Shown piece by piece: positions 47,253-56,385 of a stretch of 64,000 bases of DNA. This stretch comes from Candidatus Woesearchaeota archaeon. Lineage in GTDB: Archaea; Nanobdellota; Nanobdellia; Woesearchaeales; GW2011-AR4. The stretch is from the NCBI GenBank assembly GCA_016184145.1, contig JACPDF010000023.1, forward strand, positions 1,229-65,228, in the 5' to 3' direction. The notes under the pieces are model-generated. The model did no database searches and had not been told where the DNA came from. It was given only the letters and a program-made list of their open reading frames with translations. The translations under genes were made by a program, and so were the position numbers. Position 1 is the stretch's first letter. Every line of letters starts with the position of its first letter.

Positions 47253-47444
47253 TTTCACTTTTGATATCATTCTTGCATTGAAAAATATTTAATCATAGCC
47301 TGCGTTTTTGCCATCCTGCTTTGCTAAGGCAAAAACGCCGGTTATTATTTTTTTGTTTTTATTGGCATTGTTTTATTGATTTATTTGTAAACTATTGGAT
47401 TTAATGCCTTAGTTGTGCACTTGTTTGCGAGCCTTATTGGCATT
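47253..47444 (-). repeat. Dispersed repeat family A, copy 2
   Basis: Core at 47302-47338; the AATGCCAATAAG..CAAACAAGTGC segment is also shared with copy 1. Confidence 0.85.
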
Positions 47445-47509
47445 CCTTTTTTTATTGCAGCTTTGTTTTGATTATTTTTTGGATTATTCTTTCTGATTTT
47501 CATACTATT

Positions 47510-49225
47510 CTAATCCCTCAACAAAATCTCAATTACTCTTGCGAACACCGGCCTGGAAATAAATACCCCGATTGATGCGCCCAATATTGTTATGATTGCA
47601 AAGCCCTTTAATAATCCGGCTCCGGCAAATATCAGCGGTATTAAGGCAACAAAAACAGTAAAATAGGACGTCATTATAATTGAGAAAGCCCTCTTTATCC
47701 TTTCCTTCCAGTTTGCGGCAAATCTCTCCCCCCTTAAAGTCTCGTCGGTTATGACAATCTGGTGGTTTACCCCAGTGCCTACTGTTATTATAATTCCTGC
47801 CACTGCCGCCAAGTCAATATTCCATCCTATTAATGCCGCTACCCCCAGCAGCAATATAATTTCAGATGCCGAAACTATCACAATTGGAATTGAAATCACC
47901 AATTTTCTGTATCTTGCAAATATAACAACAGAAACAACCGCTAAAGACAAAACAGCCGCAATAATTGCATTCCTCAAAAATTCCTCTCCAAGCAATGGGC
48001 TGATTGCATCTATCTTTACGATATCCAGTTTGATTGGCAAAGAGCCGGTAATGAGGACTGTCTGCAGCCTTTTCATATTGCCCAATGCATCAAATACTGC
48101 CTGTTGCTGGTTGGAGCCGACACCGCTCCCTGAAATCTGTATCTCTGTTGTTGCGCTTCCCTGCAGCTCAACGCCTATGTTAAGCTCGTCAACTTTTGCA
48201 TCATCAAGATAAAGCTCCAATGGCTCAGATAAGTATCTTCCATCACCTGCCACCGGAATGTTCCTCGTTATGTCCGCCTGCCTTTGCGCAGCCTCCAGGG
48301 TTATTGAAATTGAGAACCTAAAGCGGCATAAGTCCTGGCTTCCTGAGCTTGAGCAGCCTGCATTTGGGTCTATGCCTGCGCAGTCAGCTGACCTGCATAC
48401 AAAAACAATGTCTTTTCCCCCAATAAAAACAGTCTTATTCGCGATTTTTGCCTCGAATTTTCCCTGCTTTGCAAGCAAAGTCCTTATTTCCTCCTCTGTT
48501 GCCCCGGCAATCTCGACAAGTATGTACTGGTTGCCAACCAAATCAGAGGCATCCCTTATTATCAAGTCGCTTAATCCGTAAACATTAAGCCTTTCCCCCA
48601 TATTGTCTATTAAAGTCTGCAAATCCTGCGTTGCTAATTTTTTTTCGGGCTGCAAAAGAACTCTTGTTCCTCCCTGCAAATCAAGGCCTTTTCTTATGTT
48701 TGTTTTAGGAGCCTTGAAAACCCTTACTCCAATGTCTTGCGGGCCTTTGCTTACTTGCTTTGTTTTTGGAACATCTATTATTCTCTTTACTGTCTCGTTA
48801 ATCTCCACTACAGCGCCATTAACTGTCCGGTTTTTTGCTGTTATTTCCTCTATTTCCTTTTTCTCTGTCTGATTTAATTTTATTGTTTCTATGTCTTCTT
48901 TTACTTTCAGCCTGTACAATGCCTTATTTGTTTTTATCTGCAATGACTGGTTTATTTTCAATGAGTTGGCAAAATTATAATAGTCCTCAACTGTTTTAAT
49001 CGGCACATTATTAATTTCCAATATTCTCTCCCTGTTGACAGGGCTTATTGTGGGGGTAGGCTGCTGGATGCCCGCTTCCATAGCTGCTGAATTTGAAACT
49101 ACGCTTCTTATTGCAACCCCTTCCACCCATGGCTTTGGATTGATTGAAACTATAGCCAATACTAATAAAACCAGGAAGATTATCACCCTGACATTCTTGA
49201 TTATTTTTTTAGCTTTGTAGTACAT
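47510..49225 (-). CDS. secD: Protein translocase subunit SecD (archaeal type)
   Basis: GLDLQGG, RLNVYGLSD, GSLP, ISPLLG, GTGVNHQIVITDE, GFA. Confidence 0.92.
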   Translation of the reverse strand: MYYKAKKIIKNVRVIIFLVLLVLAIVSINPKPWVEGVAIRSVVSNSAAMEAGIQQPTPTISPVNRERILEINNVPIKTVEDYYNFANSLKINQSLQIKTNKALYRLKVKEDIETIKLNQTEKKEIEEITAKNRTVNGAVVEINETVKRIIDVPKTKQVSKGPQDIGVRVFKAPKTNIRKGLDLQGGTRVLLQPEKKLATQDLQTLIDNMGERLNVYGLSDLIIRDASDLVGNQYILVEIAGATEEEIRTLLAKQGKFEAKIANKTVFIGGKDIVFVCRSADCAGIDPNAGCSSSGSQDLCRFRFSISITLEAAQRQADITRNIPVAGDGRYLSEPLELYLDDAKVDELNIGVELQGSATTEIQISGSGVGSNQQQAVFDALGNMKRLQTVLITGSLPIKLDIVKIDAISPLLGEEFLRNAIIAAVLSLAVVSVVIFARYRKLVISIPIVIVSASEIILLLGVAALIGWNIDLAAVAGIIITVGTGVNHQIVITDETLRGERFAANWKERIKRAFSIIMTSYFTVFVALIPLIFAGAGLLKGFAIITILGASIGVFISRPVFARVIEILLRD

Positions 49226-50141
49226 TTTGCCGCTTCCTTGCTTTTCTTTCCAGGTAAATCCTCAAAATTCCAACGTTTTGTATCCATGTGTTGATTAAAT
49301 CAACTAAAAGCCCGATTAGCAATATTATCATAATCTGCCTTATAACCTCTGATTGCGTTACCAGCAAAGCAGCTATTGCCGCTACAATAGCCGTAGCCGA
49401 CATCATCAAGCCCGTTTTAATTGCCCCATAGACTCTTTCCATTTCTGTTTCTTCTTTTCTTTTTAAGACCCTGGTTGACAGCAAGATATCAGTATCAACG
49501 CTGTAACCAATTAACATTAAGAAAGCTGCAATTCCCGCTGCGCTGATTTTCATGCCAAGCAAATTCACAATAGCCAAGGTTACAACCATATCAGAAAAAG
49601 CTGCAAGTATTACCGCCATAGAGGGCACAAAAGTGCGGAAAGAAATAAACACAACCAATGCCATGAAGACGAATGCAATTGATAATGCAATGAGCAATTC
49701 CTTGAAAAATGAAGCTCCCAAAGAGGGCCCGACAACCTCGACAGCATAATCCTGTGCTGAAAGCTTTTTGTTTAGCGCATTCCCGATTTCCTCTATCAGC
49801 TTGGCGGTTTGCTCCTGGCTAACGTCAGCCTCAACTATAAATCCTGTCTGCCTTCCAAACTGGCTTATCGAATTGGTTGCTATATCGTTGCCAGGGAACT
49901 TTGAAGAAATAGTTTTTTCCAATTGAATTATATCAATATTCTGCTGGGTTGATACTGTAACTGTAACGCCGCCTTTAAGGCTGATGTCCCTGTTTATGAA
50001 ATCCCCTGTTGTTGCGAAATTAAAGCCGATAAGAAGCATTGCTATCAAAAGAAGGGAAAACGGCAGTATTAGCAGCTTCTTGTACTGGCTTTCATAGAAA
50101 TGCTTAATGCCGGAAAACCTGCTCTTAGGGGCTTCTTCCAT
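49209..50141 (-). CDS. secF: Protein translocase subunit SecF (archaeal type)
   Basis: SLKGG, VGPSLG, FRTFVPS, IGYSVDTDILL, NTWIQN; start taken at MEEAPK. Confidence 0.92.
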   Translation of the reverse strand: MEEAPKSRFSGIKHFYESQYKKLLILPFSLLLIAMLLIGFNFATTGDFINRDISLKGGVTVTVSTQQNIDIIQLEKTISSKFPGNDIATNSISQFGRQTGFIVEADVSQEQTAKLIEEIGNALNKKLSAQDYAVEVVGPSLGASFFKELLIALSIAFVFMALVVFISFRTFVPSMAVILAAFSDMVVTLAIVNLLGMKISAAGIAAFLMLIGYSVDTDILLSTRVLKRKEETEMERVYGAIKTGLMMSATAIVAAIAALLVTQSEVIRQIMIILLIGLLVDLINTWIQNVGILRIYLERKARKRQNVLQS

Positions 50142-50218
50142 TCCTGAAAAGAAAAATAATGTTTTTATAAAGGTTGCGGAAAGAAGTCGGAAAAAGAGAT
50201 ATTGAAGTGATTGCTTAA

Positions 50219-50608
50219 TCACTTATACTTCAATTTTAAAACCAGCAATGACATTGCCATTAAAAACTCTATTAAGGCAAAAATTCCCAATGGGGCAATC
50301 TTATTTGCAATTGCGTAAACTATCCAAAGCGCTAATCCCGACATTAAAGTCAAGTTCCACAATATAGAAATATCCTTATAGTAAAGGACACAAATTTTTA
50401 GACATAAATATGTCCTTTACTTATTACGAACGGACAACTATTGGTTTGAATTTATGAAAACCTTGAAAATCTCTGATTTTCATTGTATAAAAATTTTTGT
50501 CCGGGAGTATAGTTGATTTTGTTTTCCATGCCTTTATTACTTGAGGGGACAAAGCTATTGCAACCAAAAAACCAGCCGTCCACCCAATAATTTCAAAGAT
50601 GTGGTCAT
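50219..50608 (-). pseudogene. SemiSWEET/PQ-loop transporter pseudogene interrupted by a MITE
   Basis: FEIIGWTAGFLVAIALSPQVIKAWKTKST|KDISILWNL...LWIVYA...KLKYK*; the ATG is out of frame by 1 nt and there is a 133-nt insertion. Confidence 0.85.
50379..50509. mobile_element. 131-bp MITE inserted at TA (IS630/Tc1-mariner-like)
   Basis: Ends TAGTAAAGGACACAAATTTTTA / TAAAAATTTTTGTCCGGGAGTA; TA duplicated at 50377-78 and 50510-11; removing it restores ...ST-KDIS. Confidence 0.8.
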
Positions 50609-52339
50609 TTAATTATTTTTTGTGCTAGCCCTTACAAACCCATAAAACAAAGGGCTTGGATTGCCTAACCTTGACTTAAATTCCGGATGCGCCTGCGTTC
50701 CTATAAAGAAGGGATGTTTTGGCAGCTCAATGTATTCCATCAATTTTGTCTTGTCCTCCCTTAAATGATAACCGGAGAAAACCAATCCATTTTTTTCTAG
50801 AGTATTAATAAACTTGGGATTAACTTCATAGCGGTGCCTGTGCCTTTCCAGCACAATATTCCTCTCGTGGTCTAAAATCCCCAACCTAAATTCCTGTGAT
50901 TTGTCTTTCTTTAATTTGCCGATTTTTTCTTCATCCTCTTTCAGCCTTCCTGTTTCCTTGTACAATTTCAGAACCTGGCTTTTATCCTTTAAAACAGCAG
51001 CGTAAGCGCCTAGGCGCATTGTGCCTCCGTATTGCGATTTTTCCATAAGCTCTTTTTGTGTTGGCAGCATGTCAATTACAGGAGCGTTAGTCTTCTCGTT
51101 TTCCGCTGTGTTTGCATTTTTCATATTGCATACATTCCTTGCAAATTCAACAACTGCCAATTGAAGCCCATAGCACAAGCCAAGGTAAGGCATCTTATGC
51201 GTCCTTGCATAATTAATGGCTTTTATCTTTCCTTCTACTCCAGAAGCGCCAAAGCCACCTGGCACTATAATCCCATTGTACTCTTTTAGAATACCAATAT
51301 TCCTGCTATTATCCTCAAACCTTTTTGAGTCAACCCAGTGTATCTCCACCCCTGCATCCAAAGATGCGCCTGCATGTATCAAAGCCTGGTTGACGCTTAC
51401 ATAGCTATCAGCTAAATTATAGTCTCCGATGTCAACATACTTTCCCACAATAGCAACCTTAACTGCCTTTTTTGGATTCTTTATCCTGCTTACCAATTTT
51501 TTCCATTCATTCCAGTTTGGCTCTTTTTTCGGCTTCAATTCCAGTTTTTTCAGGATTTTGATGCCAAGCTGCTCTTTTTCCAGGTCTAAAGGTATAGAGT
51601 AAATGGTGTCTATGTCGGGCTCTGAAATCACATGCTCTGAGGGGATATTTGCATATGTCTCTATTTTCTGTTTCCTTACCCTGTCAAGGGCCTTTTTTGC
51701 CCTGCAGACAATGAAATCCGGAAAAATGCCATTTTCGCTTAGCAGCCTGATGGCCTGCTGAGTGGGTTTGGTCTTCATTTCCTCTATATGGGAGGGTATC
51801 GGAAGGTATGTTATAAGAATGTATATGACATTATCTTTTCCAAGCTCCCTTTCCATGCTTTTCATCGCAAAAAGGAAGGGTATGTTTTCATAGTCTCCAA
51901 TAGTGCCGCCAATCTCAACAATAGAAATATCATGCTCTTTGCTTGCTTCTGCTATCCTTCTTTTTATTTCATCAGGCACATGGGGGATAAACTGCACAGT
52001 TTTTCCAAGATATTTCCCTTCCCTTTCCTTGTCAATTATTGTCTTGTATATCTGCCCTGTGGTTATGTTGTTCTTTTTCGGGACCTCAACATCCAGGAAC
52101 CTTTCATAATTTCCCAAATCCTGGTCTATTTCGCCGCCATCATCAGTAACCCATACCTCGCCATGCTCTGTCGGCCTTAATGTTCCTGCATCATAATTAA
52201 TGTAAGGATCTATCTTTATTGTTGTTACCCTGAAGCCATGCTCTGAGAGAATTCTTGCTATTGAGGCTGTGGTAACTCCCTTGCCTACTCCGCTCATTAC
52301 TCCCCCAGCTACAACTATGTACTTAGTCATGGACACCAT
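50609..52339 (-). CDS. pyrG: CTP synthase
   Basis: GGVMSGVGKG, KIDPY, EHGEV, KTKPTQ, GLCYG, RHRYE, HPE. Confidence 0.97.
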   Translation of the reverse strand: MVSMTKYIVVAGGVMSGVGKGVTTASIARILSEHGFRVTTIKIDPYINYDAGTLRPTEHGEVWVTDDGGEIDQDLGNYERFLDVEVPKKNNITTGQIYKTIIDKEREGKYLGKTVQFIPHVPDEIKRRIAEASKEHDISIVEIGGTIGDYENIPFLFAMKSMERELGKDNVIYILITYLPIPSHIEEMKTKPTQQAIRLLSENGIFPDFIVCRAKKALDRVRKQKIETYANIPSEHVISEPDIDTIYSIPLDLEKEQLGIKILKKLELKPKKEPNWNEWKKLVSRIKNPKKAVKVAIVGKYVDIGDYNLADSYVSVNQALIHAGASLDAGVEIHWVDSKRFEDNSRNIGILKEYNGIIVPGGFGASGVEGKIKAINYARTHKMPYLGLCYGLQLAVVEFARNVCNMKNANTAENEKTNAPVIDMLPTQKELMEKSQYGGTMRLGAYAAVLKDKSQVLKLYKETGRLKEDEEKIGKLKKDKSQEFRLGILDHERNIVLERHRHRYEVNPKFINTLEKNGLVFSGYHLREDKTKLMEYIELPKHPFFIGTQAHPEFKSRLGNPSPLFYGFVRASTKNN

Positions 52340-52535
52340 CCCCTAAGTCAAAAAGAATTAAGTTTTTTACTCGTTGCATCAATAAGGTATGAAACAATCC
52401 ATATAAATAGTTTGCGGTTTTTTGCCATATAGTATAGCTTTCTGAAATCGTTAAATGCCTAAAGAAGATTTGCCAGCTTTTTTATGTCTTTGTTTCATTT
52501 CCTACATTCAGGCAACTTCGTTTAATTCTATAACT

Positions 52536-52778
52536 TTAGAATAATTTTTCTGCTAATAAGTATAAGCCATAAGCCGCTAGAGAATAAGCAGCAAGTTTTC
52601 CAACGTCATGTGCAGCTGCCATTCTATACATCCGTGGTTTGAAATTTTTAGGAACTAAGCCTTCTTTGTCCTCTTTTCTTGCAGCTAGTAACATAGATCC
52701 GGGAACAAGCAAAAATGCTAACCCTCCCTCTTGGCTTATTCTTTGGTACAATTGAGTTTCTAATGTTTCATATTCCAT
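52536..52778 (-). CDS. Hypothetical small membrane protein
   Basis: 80-aa ORF with a TATA-like box ~25 nt upstream. Confidence 0.55.
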   Translation of the reverse strand: MEYETLETQLYQRISQEGGLAFLLVPGSMLLAARKEDKEGLVPKNFKPRMYRMAAAHDVGKLAAYSLAAYGLYLLAEKLF

Positions 52779-52881
52779 AACAAATAGTATAAACCTTATC
52801 TTTATAAATCTTCTGATTTATTTACTACTATAAAGTTAATATCAATAACGCCAAAACCTCAAATCATCTGATTCAGCTTCG

Positions 52882-53454
52882 TTACAAGAATGCCTGCGCC
52901 AAACCCAAAAACACCTTGCTGCCGTCAAAGCCGGGTATGGGCAGCATATTGAAGATAAACAGGAACATATTAATCCTTGACGTCAAAAATAAAGCTGCAC
53001 CATATTTTCTTGGCAATAACTTTTGCTTTATCATTAATAATGAGCCTAGCCATAATATCAAATTTATGGCAGGCCCCGCAAAAGCCACCAAAGAGGATTC
53101 CAAAGCAGTTGCCTGGCCCAATATGGATACATAGGCAGGGACAAAGAATATGAAGGGGAAATTCATTAATTTTAGAATCAGCCCCAAAGCAAGGAAAAAA
53201 TAAGCTGCTTGGAATTGTGCCTGCAAGCCAAAGCCCAAGGCAACAAACTTGTGGCCCAATTCATGCAATATAATTGCGGGAGCAGTGACCAAAGCTGCAA
53301 ACTTTAAGTCACTAAAGTCAAAGCCTGCCTTAAAGTGCTTCAAAGGATCATAATCCTCTGGAACAGGCCTCTTGAAAACGCCAGAGAATATATACCCAAC
53401 TGCCAAGGTCATTATAACCATATCCAATATCTCTGAAAAGGCAAAAAAAGGCAT
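52882..53454 (-). CDS. M50-family (site-2) intramembrane metalloprotease
   Basis: HELGH, AGP, FNMLPIPGFDG. Confidence 0.9.
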   Translation of the reverse strand: MPFFAFSEILDMVIMTLAVGYIFSGVFKRPVPEDYDPLKHFKAGFDFSDLKFAALVTAPAIILHELGHKFVALGFGLQAQFQAAYFFLALGLILKLMNFPFIFFVPAYVSILGQATALESSLVAFAGPAINLILWLGSLLMIKQKLLPRKYGAALFLTSRINMFLFIFNMLPIPGFDGSKVFLGLAQAFL

Positions 53455-53525
53455 TTTATCAGACTAAGTTATAATTATTTTTAATTCTATTGTTTTTGAA
53501 AACAATATGCCCGAGCATTTAATTT

Positions 53526-54323
53526 CTATTGCTCCATGATCTCATAGAATACATAAAGAACCCTGTCTATTCCCCTGACCAAGTCAAAGCCATTGCCTTC
53601 CACAATAATGCAGTTGCGGTCAAAAGAAACTTTGCTTTCATTCGCTTCCTTCACATATAAAACAAATTTATCTGTATTGTCGCATGTTATTATCGGCCTG
53701 TCCCTGCACGCAAAAGTCTCATTTCTGTCGCAGGCTGCTATAGGCTGCTTAAAGAATATATCTGCCATATGCCGTTCAAAGTCTGCAACTGCAAGAGCTA
53801 CACGCGAAAAATCCTTTCCAGTAGGGTCAAAAGTAACATAATAGTCGGTAGCGTTATTGAAAAGATTGAAATCCAAAGCACCGCTTATCTTAATATCCTC
53901 CACTTCCTTCGGCCCGTACCTGAATTGCACATTATACAATCTGGTCTTTTGTGGGCTTACAAGCTGAATATACCATAAATCCTCAAACTTTACGAAAGAA
54001 TAAACATCTTTGTACAAGTATCCCTGATCCGGCTTTAATTTTCCCTTGAAGTTGAGCTGATGCAGATCATCAATTGTCTTAGGCTGCTCCTGTGTAAAAA
54101 GCCTTATTCCGAATACAACAGCAAAAAGCAGCATCAATAAAACAGCGCCTATTATAAGAATTTTATCTGACTTGAATTTTGCCTCTTTAGGCTCTTCTTT
54201 TTCAGTCTGTGTTTTTTTCTCCGGTATTTCCTCTATTTCCTTTTTCTTTTTTTCATACTCTTCCCTGCTTATGACGCCTTCCTCAAAACTTTCCTCAAGC
54301 TTTTTTAATTTTATTTCTTTCAT
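53526..54323 (-). CDS. Hypothetical membrane-anchored protein (SHOCT-like N-terminus)
   Basis: GVISREEYEKKKKEI, TM helix, C-terminal PIITC..NCIIVEG..DR; paralogous to 54622-55209. Confidence 0.75.
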   Translation of the reverse strand: MKEIKLKKLEESFEEGVISREEYEKKKKEIEEIPEKKTQTEKEEPKEAKFKSDKILIIGAVLLMLLFAVVFGIRLFTQEQPKTIDDLHQLNFKGKLKPDQGYLYKDVYSFVKFEDLWYIQLVSPQKTRLYNVQFRYGPKEVEDIKISGALDFNLFNNATDYYVTFDPTGKDFSRVALAVADFERHMADIFFKQPIAACDRNETFACRDRPIITCDNTDKFVLYVKEANESKVSFDRNCIIVEGNGFDLVRGIDRVLYVFYEIMEQ

Positions 54324-54324
54324 T

Positions 54325-54450
54325 GTCAAAAACCACCCATCATAGATGGGTGGCATGTAATAATTTTATTATGTATTATGGTGGTTTTTGACTAAGCGAA
54401 TTCCACCACTATTTATCCACCAATCATAGAATTGGTGGAATTTTAGCGTA
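54325..54450 (+). mobile_element. Expanded family-C element resembling IS200/IS605 ends
   Basis: GTCAAAAACCACCCATC-ATA-GATGGGTGGCATG...GGTGGTTTTTGAC..GCGAATTCCACCA...TGGTGGAATTTTAGCGTA. Confidence 0.65.
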
Positions 54451-54512
54451 TTAAACAAACCTTTTTATTATAAATATCCCATAGGGATACAGGAACGTAA
54501 GTGGCTGTATTT

Positions 54513-54628
54513 AAAATGAAAGCTACGAACCTTTGTTGATAATATGACTCCATCGTTCCGAGTCTCCGTAGGAGACTCATTGCATTGGAGTTTGCCTCAA
54601 GGCAAAATAGTGAGTATGCTTTCATTTT
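54513..54628 (+). repeat. Expanded family-D hairpin element
   Basis: Same ends as 10565 (GAAAGCTACGAAC...AGTGAGTATGCTTT), with internal hairpins GAGTCTCC-GTA-GGAGACTC and TTTGCC-TCAA-GGCAAA. Confidence 0.75.
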
Positions 54629-55209
54629 ATTATCCCCAGAATGCCGTATACAAGCCTGTCCTTAAGCCTTATGACATCTGCATTGCTTGCTGCTTCTGCT
54701 ATAATGCAATTGCCCTGCATATAAATCTTGGTGGCATTCCCTTTTGTAAAATAAACTACAGGCACAAAATTTGTGGAATTGCTGCATGTTATTACCGGCG
54801 CATTATATTTTGTCTGGTTTGTAAAGCCGCTCCTTATAAAAACATTAAAGTTGCTTAGGGTGATGCCCATCTGGTATTGTGCAAGGGCAATTCCCTCCGC
54901 AAATGTATCGTTGATGTCAGAGGTTATGTCAATCTGCGGCTTGTTTTTCAGCCTGCTGATCGCGTTGTCGTCTGCTGGTATAGCCTCAATTTCCGAGGGA
55001 AAATACGTAAACATGGCCTCTCTTCCGTCTATATTAGTGGACCAGAAATCGCCCCTGTTGAAAAACTTAAAGCCGTTATATGCGGCGCTTGCCCTACTGG
55101 AGCCAAATCCAAAGAATATAACGCCAAAAACGCTGCTAATCATTATAAAGCCTATGAAGTAGACCATGAATTTTTTTGTCTTATCAGCCCTGTCGTGATG
55201 CTTTCTCAT
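54622..55209 (-). CDS. Hypothetical membrane-anchored protein, paralog of the downstream gene
   Basis: IMISSVFG TM helix, YNGFKF, PVITC.N...NCII...DRLVYGILGII. Confidence 0.75.
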   Translation of the reverse strand: MRKHHDRADKTKKFMVYFIGFIMISSVFGVIFFGFGSSRASAAYNGFKFFNRGDFWSTNIDGREAMFTYFPSEIEAIPADDNAISRLKNKPQIDITSDINDTFAEGIALAQYQMGITLSNFNVFIRSGFTNQTKYNAPVITCSNSTNFVPVVYFTKGNATKIYMQGNCIIAEAASNADVIRLKDRLVYGILGIIK

Positions 55210-55383
55210 GAAAAAAAGTGGAAAACTGCTGTATTTAAAGGTTTTTGTAAGATATTTCCAAATGGAAACTGAGTTTAAAAACAATAAAAATGAAGAATTT
55301 GGAAAGCAAAAAGGATTATTTTTTAGTCTTTATTTGAAAATAAAACGAAAAATATATAAACAGCTGTCTATTTAAATGCACAT

Positions 55384-55932
55384 ATGTCTAAAATAATAAA
55401 CATAGATTCATTTTTGGTGCATTTTTTTGAAGATGCAAATAGATGGTTTCATGTCAGGGAAATGGCCAGATTGGCAAGGGTAAATCCTACAACCGCATCC
55501 AAATATCTTATTAAGCTCCACAAGGAAAATCTGCTTATAAAAAAGTATGAAAAAGGGCATTTATTGTTTAAAGCAAACAACGAAAATGATTTTTACAAAG
55601 ACGCAAAGGTATATTTTAATATAAAGTTATTAAGGCATTCCGGCCTAATCGAATATTTAGACAAGGAACTGCATTATCCTGAAGCAATTGTGCTTTTTGG
55701 CTCTTGCTCTAAAGGAGAAAATGATAAAAACAGCGATTTTGATTTATTTGCTGTAAGCAATGTAAAAAAAGAATTGGATTTAGGCGTATTTGAAAAAAAA
55801 ATTAAGGCAAGAATACAGCTATTTATCAAAAACAAAAAAGAATTTATAAACCTTCAAAAGGAAAACAAAAATTTAGCTAACGGTATAATCAATGGCATTG
55901 TTATAAAAGGCTACATTGAGGTTTTTGCATGA
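55384..55932 (+). CDS. wHTH + minimal nucleotidyltransferase (MNT)
   Basis: HVREMARLARVNPTTASKYL HTH; LFGSCSKGENDKNSDFDL. Confidence 0.88.
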   Translation: MSKIINIDSFLVHFFEDANRWFHVREMARLARVNPTTASKYLIKLHKENLLIKKYEKGHLLFKANNENDFYKDAKVYFNIKLLRHSGLIEYLDKELHYPEAIVLFGSCSKGENDKNSDFDLFAVSNVKKELDLGVFEKKIKARIQLFIKNKKEFINLQKENKNLANGIINGIVIKGYIEVFA

Positions 55933-56345
55933 GATTTCAGGATTTCATAGAACAAGGCAAAGCCAGGAAAGGAAGCCCGGACGTTTCTAAAGTTAAATCT
56001 TTACTGGAAACTTCAAATAATCATTTATTGTTTCTAGAAAATCAAAAAATCAATGAAGTAAGCGCAGGAAGCATTTTAACAACTTACTATGAGGCATTAA
56101 GGGAAATAGTCGAGGCTATTTGTTTAAAAGAAGGATTTAAAGTCTACTCGCATGAGGCATTTACTTATTTCCTAAAAGAGAAAAATGAGGATATAATTGC
56201 GATAAAATTTGATAATCTGAGAAAGCTCAGAAATTCCATAAACTATTATGGCGAAAAAATTAGCTATAAAGAGGCTGAATATGCAAAAGAAGAAGCACTA
56301 AAGCTGATAAGGCTTCTTAAAAATGCATACTTAAAAGGGTTTTAA
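55929..56345 (+). CDS. HEPN-like protein
   Basis: YYEALRE..EA...GFKVYSHE...LRKLRNSINYYG; ATGA-coupled to the MNT gene. Confidence 0.8.
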   Translation: MRFQDFIEQGKARKGSPDVSKVKSLLETSNNHLLFLENQKINEVSAGSILTTYYEALREIVEAICLKEGFKVYSHEAFTYFLKEKNEDIIAIKFDNLRKLRNSINYYGEKISYKEAEYAKEEALKLIRLLKNAYLKGF

Positions 56346-56385
56346 ATCATTATTTTTATGGAAAGGCGATAAAACCGGTTAAAAG

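Noticed and set aside
50142-50222. N-terminal extensions predicted for SecF, and likewise aIF2a (20962), the helicase (26964) and 55284
   Set aside because: They run over TATA-like promoter DNA or neighbouring genes; downstream ATGs fit the family starts better.
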